From: Chrysemys picta bellii
Lineage: Eukaryota
Direction of reading: 5' to 3'
Assembly (NCBI RefSeq): GCF_011386835.1
Contig: NC_088794.1
Span: 1,116,001-1,180,000 of the forward strand
DNA length: 64,000 nucleotides
In this document: in pieces, positions 36,900-47,200 of the stretch
How positions within the stretch are numbered: the first letter of the stretch is position 1
How the letters are laid out: every line of letters starts with the position of its first letter
Position numbers and translations under genes: made by a program
The notes under the pieces: generated by a model
The model's input: the letters and a program-made list of their open reading frames with translations, nothing else
Database searches by the model: none
Told to the model about the DNA's origin: nothing

Positions 36900-39800
36900 A
36901 TGGGCGAGTCCCCCGTGCGAGTGGAGGTGCTGACCCAGGTAAAGGGAAGGGGGCTCTGGGGTGTCATGGTGGAGGGCTTTGGGAGGTGACTTGTGTTGGG
37001 GAAGGTGGGGGAGTGGTGATCCCTGAGGGAAGAGTGTCTGGAGAAGGGGGGACCCTGGGCTGGGGGACCCCTGGAGATGCACAGCTGTGTTGGGGGCAGA
37101 AAGGCTCTGGACTGTGGGGGGGATGACCTAAGTGCTGGTGTCCCTCTAACCCCTCTCTCCCCCCAGCTGCAGCACCACGGCATCCCCTCAGAGCAGATCA
37201 CCTACCCTCGCGTCACCCTCTCCGCGCCCTGGCGGCTCTGTGTCCGGCATGGCCTCCCCGAGGACCCTGCTGGGGCCCGAGTCACCCTGCTCGACCTGCG
37301 TGAGCCCCACGGCCCAGCCACCCACAGCTGGCCCCTGCACCAGGCCCAGGGTGCGCTGGCCCACCCCAGCCAGCCCCTGCTGGCCCTACGAGGTATGGGG
37401 GTCTCATGGGTACGAGGAGGGGGGCAGCAGGGGCCAGACTCCCAGGCCAGGGAACAGGGTGGGAGGTGTTCTGGGCTGACTGGTAATAGCATCAACTCTC
37501 CATAGAGGCCCCGGCCTGACCCTGAGACCCATGGCCACACTGCACCCCAATGGGGATCCTCACCTCCCCCATGGCTCAGTTGACCCGTCTCTGCCCCCAA
37601 TGGGCCATGTGGCTGGGCCCCGGGGTGCTGACTCGTCTCTGCCCGCAGCGGGCTGTGTGGCCATGGGACCAGGCTGGGCCCCGGGGCGCTGACTCGTCTC
37701 TGCCCACAGCGGGCTGTGTGGCCGGGCCGGGCCCCGGGGCGCTGACTCGTCTCTGCCCGCAGCGGGCTGTGTGGCCATGGGACCAGGCCGGGCCCCGGGG
37801 CGCTGACTCGTCTCTGCCCGCAGCGGGCTGTGTGGCCGGGCCGGGCCCCGGGGCGCTGACTCGTCTCTGCCCGCAGCGGGCTGTGTGGCCATGGGACCAG
37901 GCCGGGCCCCGGGGCGCTGACTCGTCTCTGCCCGCAGCGGGCTGTGTGGCCGGGCCGGGCCCCGGGGCGCTGACTCGTCTCTGCCCGCAGCGGGCTGTGT
38001 GGCCATGGGACCGGGCCGGGCCCCAGGGCGCTGACTCGTCTCTGCCCGCAGCGGGCTGTGTGGCCATGGGACCAGGCCGGGCCCCGGGGCGCTGACTCGT
38101 CTCTGCCCGCAGCGGGCTGTGTGGCCATGGGACCAGGCCGGGCCCCGGGGCGCTGACTCGTCTCTGCCCGCAGCGGGCTGTGTGGCCATGGGACCAGGCC
38201 GGGCCCCGGGGCGCTGACTCGTCTCTGCCCGCAGCGGGCTGTGTGGCACAGGTGTTCGATGTGGCGCAGCGCTGCCTACGCTGGCAGTGGACCTTTGCCC
38301 ACCCCCTGGAGTTCTGGGCCTGGCTGGAGCCCAACACGCTGGCGCTGGTGACGGAGGAGGAGGTGTTCCACTGGGCCCTCAGCCGTGAGCATGCCACAGG
38401 CCACCCCCGTCGGGGAGCTGACAGGCGCCCTGGGAGGAGGGTGGGCTGGTCAATGGGGGGCTAGCCTGGGGGTCCTGTGGAGCAGGACTGGTTGGCATGG
38501 GGGGGGTCCGGCAGGGGGTTCTGTGGGGAGCAGGGCTGGTCAGCGGGGTGGGGTTTGGGCAGGGGATGCTGTGGGGAGGGGGGTTGGTTGGCAGGGGGCA
38601 GGCAGGGGCTGTCGGGGGGGTGGCCGGTTGGCGTGGGGTGGAGTCAGGCAGGGGGTGTTGTGTGGGGGGGGGACTGGTCGGCGTGGGGCGGAGTCGGGCA
38701 AGGAGTGCCGTGGGAGGTGGCCGGTCAGCGTGGGGCAGGGGGTGCCGTGAGGGGCGGTCGCTAAGCTCCTAACTCTAGTCTGTACCCCCCGGCCGGCAGG
38801 ACCAAAGCCGCGGCGTCAGTTCTGGCGCCATGAGCAGCTGTGGCGCACGGAGGTGGTGGGATACCAGCAGGACGCCAGCGGGCTCTGGCTGGCGCTGTCC
38901 ACGCTGGGCCTGGACCAGGTAAGGACACCCCTCCCCCCCCCCCCCCCCCCCCCCCGCCAGCTGCCCCCAGAATCCCAGGGGCCCCTCTGCCCGGCTGACC
39001 CCGTGTCTCTCCCCAGAAGGGCCAGGTGGTGGGGCTGACCCAGCTGTACTGGCGGGGGGGGCGGCTCTCCCAGGTCATCGAGGCCCAGGCGGTGGCGCTG
39101 CCCCGGCACAGCTTCTCCAGGAACCCCCACCCCTCCTCCGCCTTGCTGGCCGCCGTCCGGCACGGGGCAGAGCGCTACGGGCAGGTGTGTGACTGGGGGG
39201 GGCTGGCTCCCGGCGGGTTGTGGGTAGTGCCTGGGGTGGGCAGGAGTGGAGGGGGGCTGGCTCCCGGAGGGTTGTGGGTAGTGCCTGGGGTGGGCGGGAG
39301 AGGAAAGGCAGGGCAGGTGGGGGCTGGCTCCCAGAGGGTTGTGGGTAGTGCCTGGGGTGGGCGGGAGGGGAAAGGCAGGACAGGTGGGGGCTGGCTCCTG
39401 GCGGGTTGTGGGTAGTGCCTGGGGTGGGCGGGAGAGGAAAGGCAGGGCAGGTGGGGGCTGGCTCCCAGAGGGTTGTGGGTAGTGCCTGGGGTGGGCGTGG
39501 AGGTAGCAGAGGGCAGTGCCAGGGTGGGGGGCAGGCAGGTGGCAGATGGGGGCTGGGGAAGGGCTGTACCCGTCTGACCACCCCCCCCCCTCTCTCTCAG
39601 TTCCACGTGGTGGAGCTGGGCCCGCACCAGCCAGGCAACGCTGCCCTGCTCAGTGCCCGCGCCAGCCTGGCCTTCAAGGGTGCCCGGCCCGGGGACTTCC
39701 CCAGCGCCGTGCAGGTGAGCCGGGAGCAGGGTGTGTGGTGGGTCCCTGGGGGAGATGAGGGGGGTTGCTGGGGGTGCCTGCCAGCAGCGTGGGGCTATCT

Positions 39801-40338
39801 GGGCGTGCGTGACCCAGCCCCTCTCCTCCCCTCCCCACAGTTCGCCCCACGGCTGGGCCTGGCCCTGGTGCTCACCAAGCACGCCCTGCTCTTCCTGGCC
39901 GACGTGGAGACCGCCCAGCCCCTGCACCGCGTCCAGCTGGCCTGGGACATCGTCTTCACCACGGTGCCCGACCCCCCCCGCCACGGCCTGGTGGGGGTGT
40001 GCCGCAGCGGCAAGGTGAGCCGGGGGGCAGCCTGCCGACGGGGAGGGATGCCCTGCTGGGAGGCTGGGCTAGGGGCACGGGTGGGGAGGGGAGAGCCCTG
40101 GGCAGCTCCAGCCCTGCACCCCTGACAGCCCCTCTCTCCTTCCCTGCCCCCTCTGCAGGTGCTGTCGGTCTCGCTGGGCCTGGACCCCCTCCTGCAGCTG
40201 CTGTCGCACCGCCCTGCCAGTCTCTATCTCACCCAGCGCCTGCTGCAGCTGGTGGGGCGGGTGCCGCGCCCCGGGGCCAGCCCAGACCCCAAGCCGGGGG
40301 GCTGGGGAGCAGGCAGGGCTGGGGGGCTCTGTCACTAG
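36900..40338 (+). CDS. Stand-alone clathrin heavy-chain N-terminal domain (beta-propeller plus linker) protein, 389 aa
   Basis: Exons 36900-36938, 37167-37392, 38235-38384, 38800-38918, 39017-39184, 39601-39714, 39841-40014, 40159-40338 (1170 nt, all GT-AG, open). Colinear with clathrin HC residues ~1-360, e.g. FWAWLEPNTLALVTEEEVFHW vs [30 protein letters not shown] vs RVVGAMQLY, GDFPSAVQ vs NDFPVAMQ, GVCRSGKVLSV vs GVNRKGQVLSV. AATAAA at 40555. Confidence 0.85.
37620..38234 (+). repeat. 61/53-bp VNTR made of 11 copies of the 3' splice site of exon 3
   Basis: ctgactcgtctctgccc(g/a)cag|cgggctgtgtgg; AGs at 37648, 37709, 37762, 37823, 37876, 37937, 37990, 38051, 38112, 38173, 38234. Confidence 0.9.
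39200..39500. repeat. G-rich intronic tandem repeat (~60 bp)
   Basis: ggctggctccc..gggttgtgggtagtgcctggggtgggc x5. Confidence 0.8.
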
Positions 40339-40599
40339 GGTAACTTGTACCGGGGGGGTGGGAGGTCTCTGGCGCTGAGGTGAAAGCAGGGACTGGCCTG
40401 AGTCTCCTGCAGCCCCAGGGGCTGGGAAGGGGAGGAGTCGGCCTGAGGTTCCCATCAGTGGGGGGGGGGGGTAGGAGACCCTCTCTGCAGCTCTCCTGTC
40501 ACTGACTGGGGGGGGCACCCCAGCTGCAATGTCCTGTGTCCTCCTGGGTTTTACAATAAATGAAAGAAGCTGGAGCCCTGGGCTGGGGCTGGCATCCGG

Positions 40600-41080
40600 C
40601 ATCCAGCTGTGTGGGTCTCTGCCTGGGAGCCCTGGGGCAGGGATGTGTCTCTGGCTGGGAGCCGGGAGCAGGGGGCTCTGGTTAGATGCCAGTGGGGAGG
40701 GGATGTGTCTCTGCCTGGGAGCCCGGAGCAGAGGGCTGTGGTTAGATGATGGGGGGGGGGGGGGGGGGGGGGCTGAGGGAGGATGTCTCTGGCTGGGAGC
40801 CGGGAGCTCTGGTTAGATGCCGGGGGGGGGGGGGGGGAATGTGTCTCTGGCTCGGAGTCAGGAGCAGGGGGCTCTGGTTAGATGCCGGGGGGCGGGGGAG
40901 GGGGGGGGGGGAGATGTATCTCTGGCTGGGAGCAGGGGGCTCTGGTTAGATGCCGGGGGGGGGGGGAATGTGTCTCTGGCTCGGAGTCAGGAGCAGGGGG
41001 CTCTGGTTAGATGCCGGGGGGCGGGGGGGGGGGGAGATGTATCTCTGGCTGGGAGCAGGGGGCTCTGGTTAGATGCCGGG
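40600..41080. repeat. G-rich VNTR between the convergent 3' ends of two genes
   Basis: ctctggttagatgccggggg..tgtctctggctgggagcagg variants. Confidence 0.8.
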
Positions 41081-41234
41081 GAGGGTGGGGGCGTGTTGCC
41101 GTCTCACTGTGCACAGCCCCCAGCTCTGGCCAGGCCATTTATTTGTCATCGAGGGGGGAGCAGATCTCGGCCCGTTCACAGCGGTTGGGGTGGGGGTCTT
41201 AAAGGGAGGCCCAAGCCCCCCTCTCTCCCACACC

Positions 41235-44200
41235 CTAGCTGTCCTGGCGCAGGGGCACGGTGCCACTCTCGGCTGCTGCGTGGGACCGAGCTGTCCTCTT
41301 CTGTCGTGCTGCCCTAGAGGGGGGAGCTGGGGTTAGTGGAGGGTGGCAGGGCTGGGGGAAGGCCCCGGGTGCTGGGTGAGGGGGGCAGTGTCCCTACCTG
41401 CTCTGCTCCCTGCCCTCCGGCCGCCTGGTCCCGGCGTCTCCCGTGCCCTTCAGCTCGTCTATGATCTCCTGCAGCAGGTCCAGCCTGGGGAGTGGGGGCA
41501 GGTTAGCAGGGAGGTGGGGGTGGCCCAGCCCCCCCCCCCATGGTGCACCCCATGGCTGCTGCAGGGAGCGATAGCTGGATCTGTCAAGCCACCAGCCTCC
41601 CTCCTCCCATTACACCTGCTCTCCAGCCCCAGCCCCCCTCGCCTCACCGCTCCCCCCACTCCCAGGCCTGCTGTGATAACGGGGACATGAGCCAGGGTCA
41701 TGTGCTGCCCAAGGGGGTGCTGCTCCCCATAACACGTGCTGGAGGGTGGTTCTCAGCCCTGCTCCCTCCCTCCCCAACGTGGGGGACTGCAGCAGAGGCT
41801 GCTGGGTAAAATGCTGAGGGGAGCGCTGGCCTCTGCTTCCCTCCCCACTGCAGGGCTGCCCGGCCACTCACGACTGCAGGGTGCCAAAGGGGCTGTCCAG
41901 GGTCAGCTCACAGGCCAGGTCGGAGCGTCCCAGGCCCTGCAGACAGACCGGCGGGGGGGGGGGGGAGAGTCGGTGATGGTGGCAGATCTGGGGGGGCAGC
42001 TGGGGGGGGGGGTTCTCCTTTCTCCGTTACCTGTTGCTGCTCCTGCATTCGTACCCAGGCAGAGAAATCGATGAGGGTCTGCAGGGGACGACCCCCAGGC
42101 CCTGTGCTGGCCCTGCTATGCTTGCCTGGGGAGGAGGGAGTGGGTGAGTGTGGGACACTGCCCTGGCCAGGGTGGGAGGAGGGGCCCCAGGTCAGGGGGT
42201 GCTGGCCAGGCCTTGGCAGGGGGAGGGATAACAGCCTGGGGGCAGTCACACCCCAGGAGTGGGGGGCCAGCATTGCTGGGCAGGCCCTGTGCTGCTCCTT
42301 GGTGCTGTCAGCCAGGCACCTAGGGGATCCCAAAGTTGGCACCCAGAGCAGCACGCCTGGGGCTCTGCAAGGGGGGCTGCCTACTACCCCCCCATCCACA
42401 GAGCTCGGTGGAGCCCAGTGTGAAGGGGCTGGGGGGGAACCCACCTGCTCTGTTCTAGTGGGGGGAGGCTGGGAGGTATGACTCACCTGCTGGGGCCATG
42501 GGTGGCTGGCCGGACCCTTGCAGGGCCCCCAGGCTGCAGCATGCCCGGGTGGCCCCTGTTTGGCCAGCCCCACGCCTGCCGCAGCGTCGCTGGGCCGGGA
42601 GCGCCCCCTGGAGGCTGACGAAGTCCTGCAGGGCCTGGATGCCAGAGGCAAAGCGGCGCTCCAGGGTTTCCAGCGAGGCTTGGGCCTGATCCAGCAGGCA
42701 GGCTGAGGCTTGGAGGCTGCTCACGCAGGGCAGGGCTTGGGGCCGGGCCGGCTCCTACGGGTGACACAGCCGGGGTTAGATGCTGGGGATAGGGGGGTAA
42801 AGTCGGCCGTCCCGACACTCAATTAATAGATTTTACCCACCCCTTAACGCTATCCCCTCAACGTTAACAGCGTTTCTCCTGTTGCAAGAGCACCCCAGCT
42901 CACAACCTCCTTACAACCTGTTGTAACTAACGCACACGGCAAGCCTCGCTACGCTTGCGTTCACCAGTGCCCACGGCAGCTCCAGCTCTACGCCCCACAC
43001 GGGTAGGGCTATTGGCTGCGGTACCAGGCAGGTCATGGGTAAGCCTTGCAAGCGGCTTCGCCTCTCTCTCCCAGTCGGCCCTGCAACATGCACCTTCCTT
43101 GGAACGGGCTGTAATTCCACAGCAGGTTCTGCATCCAGCACAGGAGACTTCCTGGGGGCAGCACCTCCCCTTCCTTGGGCATCGCTGCCCGCTCTGCAGC
43201 CATATCTGCCAGTGGGAGCTGTAATGGGGCCTCACAGCGTAGCCCGATTCTAGGCTCTGGGGGGGTTCATAAAAGTAGTTAAACCCCAATCATTCATCGC
43301 CAGAGATGAATGATGCTCTCCCCTTCGTGTCTCTGTTCTGTCACAGCCGGCCCATCCTAGTTCTGTGGGACAGCCAGATTGCTACTAGCAGACGTAGTGG
43401 CCGGCTCACTTCCAGGGAACCGTACCAACTGCCCAATTGCCAACCAGCGATTCCTGGCAAGAGTTCTGATCTCTCTCCTTCCTTCTTCTGTCCGGAGCTG
43501 ATCTATGGGAATCCCAGGTCGTTTCTGAACAACCTGATAGGGTTCTGATTTCCAACGGTCTCCTGGCTTGTTCTTCCATTTTACTCCTGAGTTCCTTATC
43601 AAACCGCAGTCACCTGGGAGTAGTTCTTGCTCTCGTATGCACTGGTCACGTCAGATCTTATTCTGAGTTGCGCTCTTCACTGCCGCAGCCATAGCCAGTC
43701 AATAGGCGTTTCTCCTGTTGTTGTGTTGTTTTCTTTACACACTGAAGACGTCAAGGCCACCTCCCTCTGGAGTCACTCCAAAACAAATGTCCACGGGTAG
43801 TCTCGCTTCCCTCACAAACATTAGACAACGAGGGGAGAATCCAGTGGCATCATTCCTGGCACAATTATAAGTGTGTGCTAGTTGTGAAACATGTTGGCTC
43901 CATTTGTGCTTTTGTATCGGGCTGAGAGTCCCAAGCATGTTCAAAAGCGCCCCAGTGAAACGTTCTGGCTGTGGGGCCCCTTGTGGGTGATATGGTGAGG
44001 TCCGGGATTTCTTTGCCCCAATTATTTGTAGTAGTTCTTTGATAAGTGTAGTTGCAAAGTCACACCCCGGATCAGAGTGAATTCTGGAAGGCCAGCAGTA
44101 GTGCACAATACTATCTTGGCTACAGCGGGAGTGCGCTGATGTTTCACGGGGAATGCTTGTGCTTACTGAGTGAAATGATCTGTTACCACTAATACGCTAG

Positions 44201-47200
44201 TGTTCCCTTCGTTGTCAGATTCTAGGAACACACAAGATCCATGGGTTGCTTGCTTTGGATGTTAACTAACTGGGCACATGGTTTGGGTAACGTCTTCCAA
44301 GCTCAACAGCTGGCACAATTCTTACCAATATTCCTCTATAACCCTCGCTAATCTGGGCCAATAGAACCATCTTCTTACCCTCCCAAGTGTCTGGTCTACC
44401 CCAAAGTGCCCTCCTTCATCATGCAAGGACTTCAGCACCAGGTCCCTGAATTCTCCTGGCAACATCAGCTGATGATAATGGTGATGAAGTGAGTCCCTCG
44501 ATAGAACAGGCCTCTTTTCGATGTTAACTGGTTCCACTCTCTCAAGATCAGTTTTGCAGCTGGATGGGCATTCTGTATGGTATTCCCAGGTCTCCCCCGG
44601 CTTTCAGCAGTCAGGGTCACTTTCAGGCTGGGAGCTCTTGAGTGCGAATATCTTCCCCTTGCAATCTGGGAAACAAAGTAAGATCCAGTTGGGTGGCATC
44701 TGTATACCCCTTGGGTATAGCATTGGGAGGGGCTCCCAGCAGTTCCATGATGCCATTGTGCATCTGATTCAGGCTAAGAGGCTAGCTTATGCAAACCCTC
44801 ACTCCAGGAGCTGGGATGTCAGTCCATTCCTGGCCTGGCACCCTCTCTGTCCAGCCGGCAGGATAATGCATCAGGCCCTGGGCGATACTACATTTGGAAG
44901 TCAGAGGCGGCCAATGCTGCTAACCACCTATGCCCTGTGGCATCCAAACAGGCCGACTTCAAGACCTAAATTAAGGAATTGTTTTCAGTACAGATTGTGA
45001 ATTTTGCTCTATAAAGATAATCATGAAATTTCTTGGCCACAGCCCACTTTGGTGCTAGTTTGTGAGCTGGATAGATATTAGACTCCTACTGGTATAAGCA
45101 ACTGGTCCCCGTCCACAGTATTGAGTTTAAAATGGGACCGTGCCCACACTTGGAAGGGTCCCCACATGGGCTCCACCCTGAAGATCCCACCCTAGCCTCT
45201 TCCCCCCCCCCCCCGAGGCCCCACCTGCCAACCCCTCCTCTTTGCCCCCCGCCCCCATGTGAGCTGTGGCACGGCCTCAGGGAGGAGCATGGGTGGGCCA
45301 GGGAGCAGGGCCATGGTCCAGGCACCAGGACCCACAAAAGGTTAATCCGGCCCTGCCCATCCATCTGTATATTCTTGATAGACGATTCCTCCAAATCCTT
45401 CCATATTAGCATCAATGTGTAGAAGATACGGTTAGTTAGTATCAGCAAAAGCTAACACAGGAGCATGCACCAGTGCATCTATTAACATCAAAACAGCATT
45501 CTCACGACAGAGTCCACTGGCTTCTTTGACTGGTAGTTGTCAGGTTCTGCATCCAGATACCCTTTTCCTATGGGGAATATGCCTTGGTGAGTTCATCTAA
45601 GGGATGACAAAGGGCAGAAAATCCCGCTACAAATCACCTATAATAATTGCAGAAACCCCCCGACCAAAAAACAACAAACAAAAACCCTGTAATTCTTTCA
45701 AGGTTTAGGGGCTTGATCATGTCCACAGGGTTTTTGGTTTGTCCGGATCTGCAGCAACTCCATCTCGAGATGCAGTGTATGCCCTACGGACTTTGTTTTC
45801 CTGACAGAACTGGCATTTGTCTAGAGCTAGCTTCAATCCATGTCACTGCAGACAGTCATACATTTTTTAATAAGCATTCTTCGTGCTCTTCCAAAGTGCA
45901 ACCGAATACTATCAAGTCATCCAGATACACCAGGACTTGCAGAAGGTTCATGTCACCCCCAACCATCCACTCAATTAATCTCTGGAATGGCCCCACATAT
46001 TCCCTGAAGCCGAGTGGACAGATGAAGGCTCTTTTGCGTATCTGATGGTTTTCCTTTTTGGATCTGAGAAGCAGTTACTAACCGCTTCCTATTAGGCAGT
46101 GACTCTAAGGCATCATCCACTCATTGGTCAGGTACATCTATTCAAAATGTGATAATCTATGCAAATGCATAATCCTCATTCTTTTTTCTGGCCACAACAA
46201 CTGGGGAGGCATAAAGACTTGTAGGATTCCTTCAGTCTTCATCTCCTGCACAGGTTTCCGAACATCTTCGATATCTGCAGGTGCTAGTCCCTTCGATCTT
46301 TCATAGAAAGGCCTATCATTCTGCGGAATGTGATGTGCCAAGGAGTTGACCAACCCACTCACAAGTGGAGAACACTTGGGCTCTCTGCACGAGTTTCCAT
46401 TTCAATCTCTCTTTCCACACCAGAGGAATTGGGGAGTTCCTAAAGTTCAACTTCTCTGGGTCAAATATGGGTATAATCTTCCTGCGGGGGGCAGATGGGC
46501 CACCGCTGCAGCCCAGTATACCTGCACTAACACAGTTCCCTGAAGGATAGTGATTGGGTGCTCAGTTTCATTAGCCACCAGTAGCTTTACTGACGCGTTC
46601 TGTACGAGACGAGGTTTTGGCTACACCTCTCTTCAACATCAGTCCTCCCCGCAGCACATCTGTATCTGAGGCTTCAACCAAGATCAACTGATTGATTGGT
46701 GGCTGTGACGAAGTGGGAATGTTCTTAATGTGTTCTTTGAATGCTGAGCGGGGAGTGTTGGCCTGGGAAGGTTGCAGGGGAGTTTTGCTGGGACGGTCTG
46801 CATTGGGGGTGGGAGACTGGCCTTGAGGGAGGATACCTGAGCATGTAACATGAGAACCCAGGAAGGGAGGGGAGCCCAGACGGGGCTTGGGCTTCCCAAC
46901 AGGGCTCTGGTGTCCCTGGGGCCCCTAGATGGACCAAACTCAGGGGGTCCTGTTGTCTGTACCTGCCAGACCTGTCTTGGACTGTGTTCCTGTCGTCTAA
47001 ATAAACCTTCTGTGTTACTGGCTGGCTGAGAGTCATGGTGAATCGCAGGAAGCCGGGGGTGCAGGGCCTTGTCTCCCCCACACTCCATGACAGTGGCCTT
47101 CTGATCCCCTTGAGCCATTCCATCCTAGCAGGAATGGTAACTGGAGTCCCATATCCTAGTTTCACCGGTCCTCCGAGTCCACCTGGTCTCGCTCTCCTTC

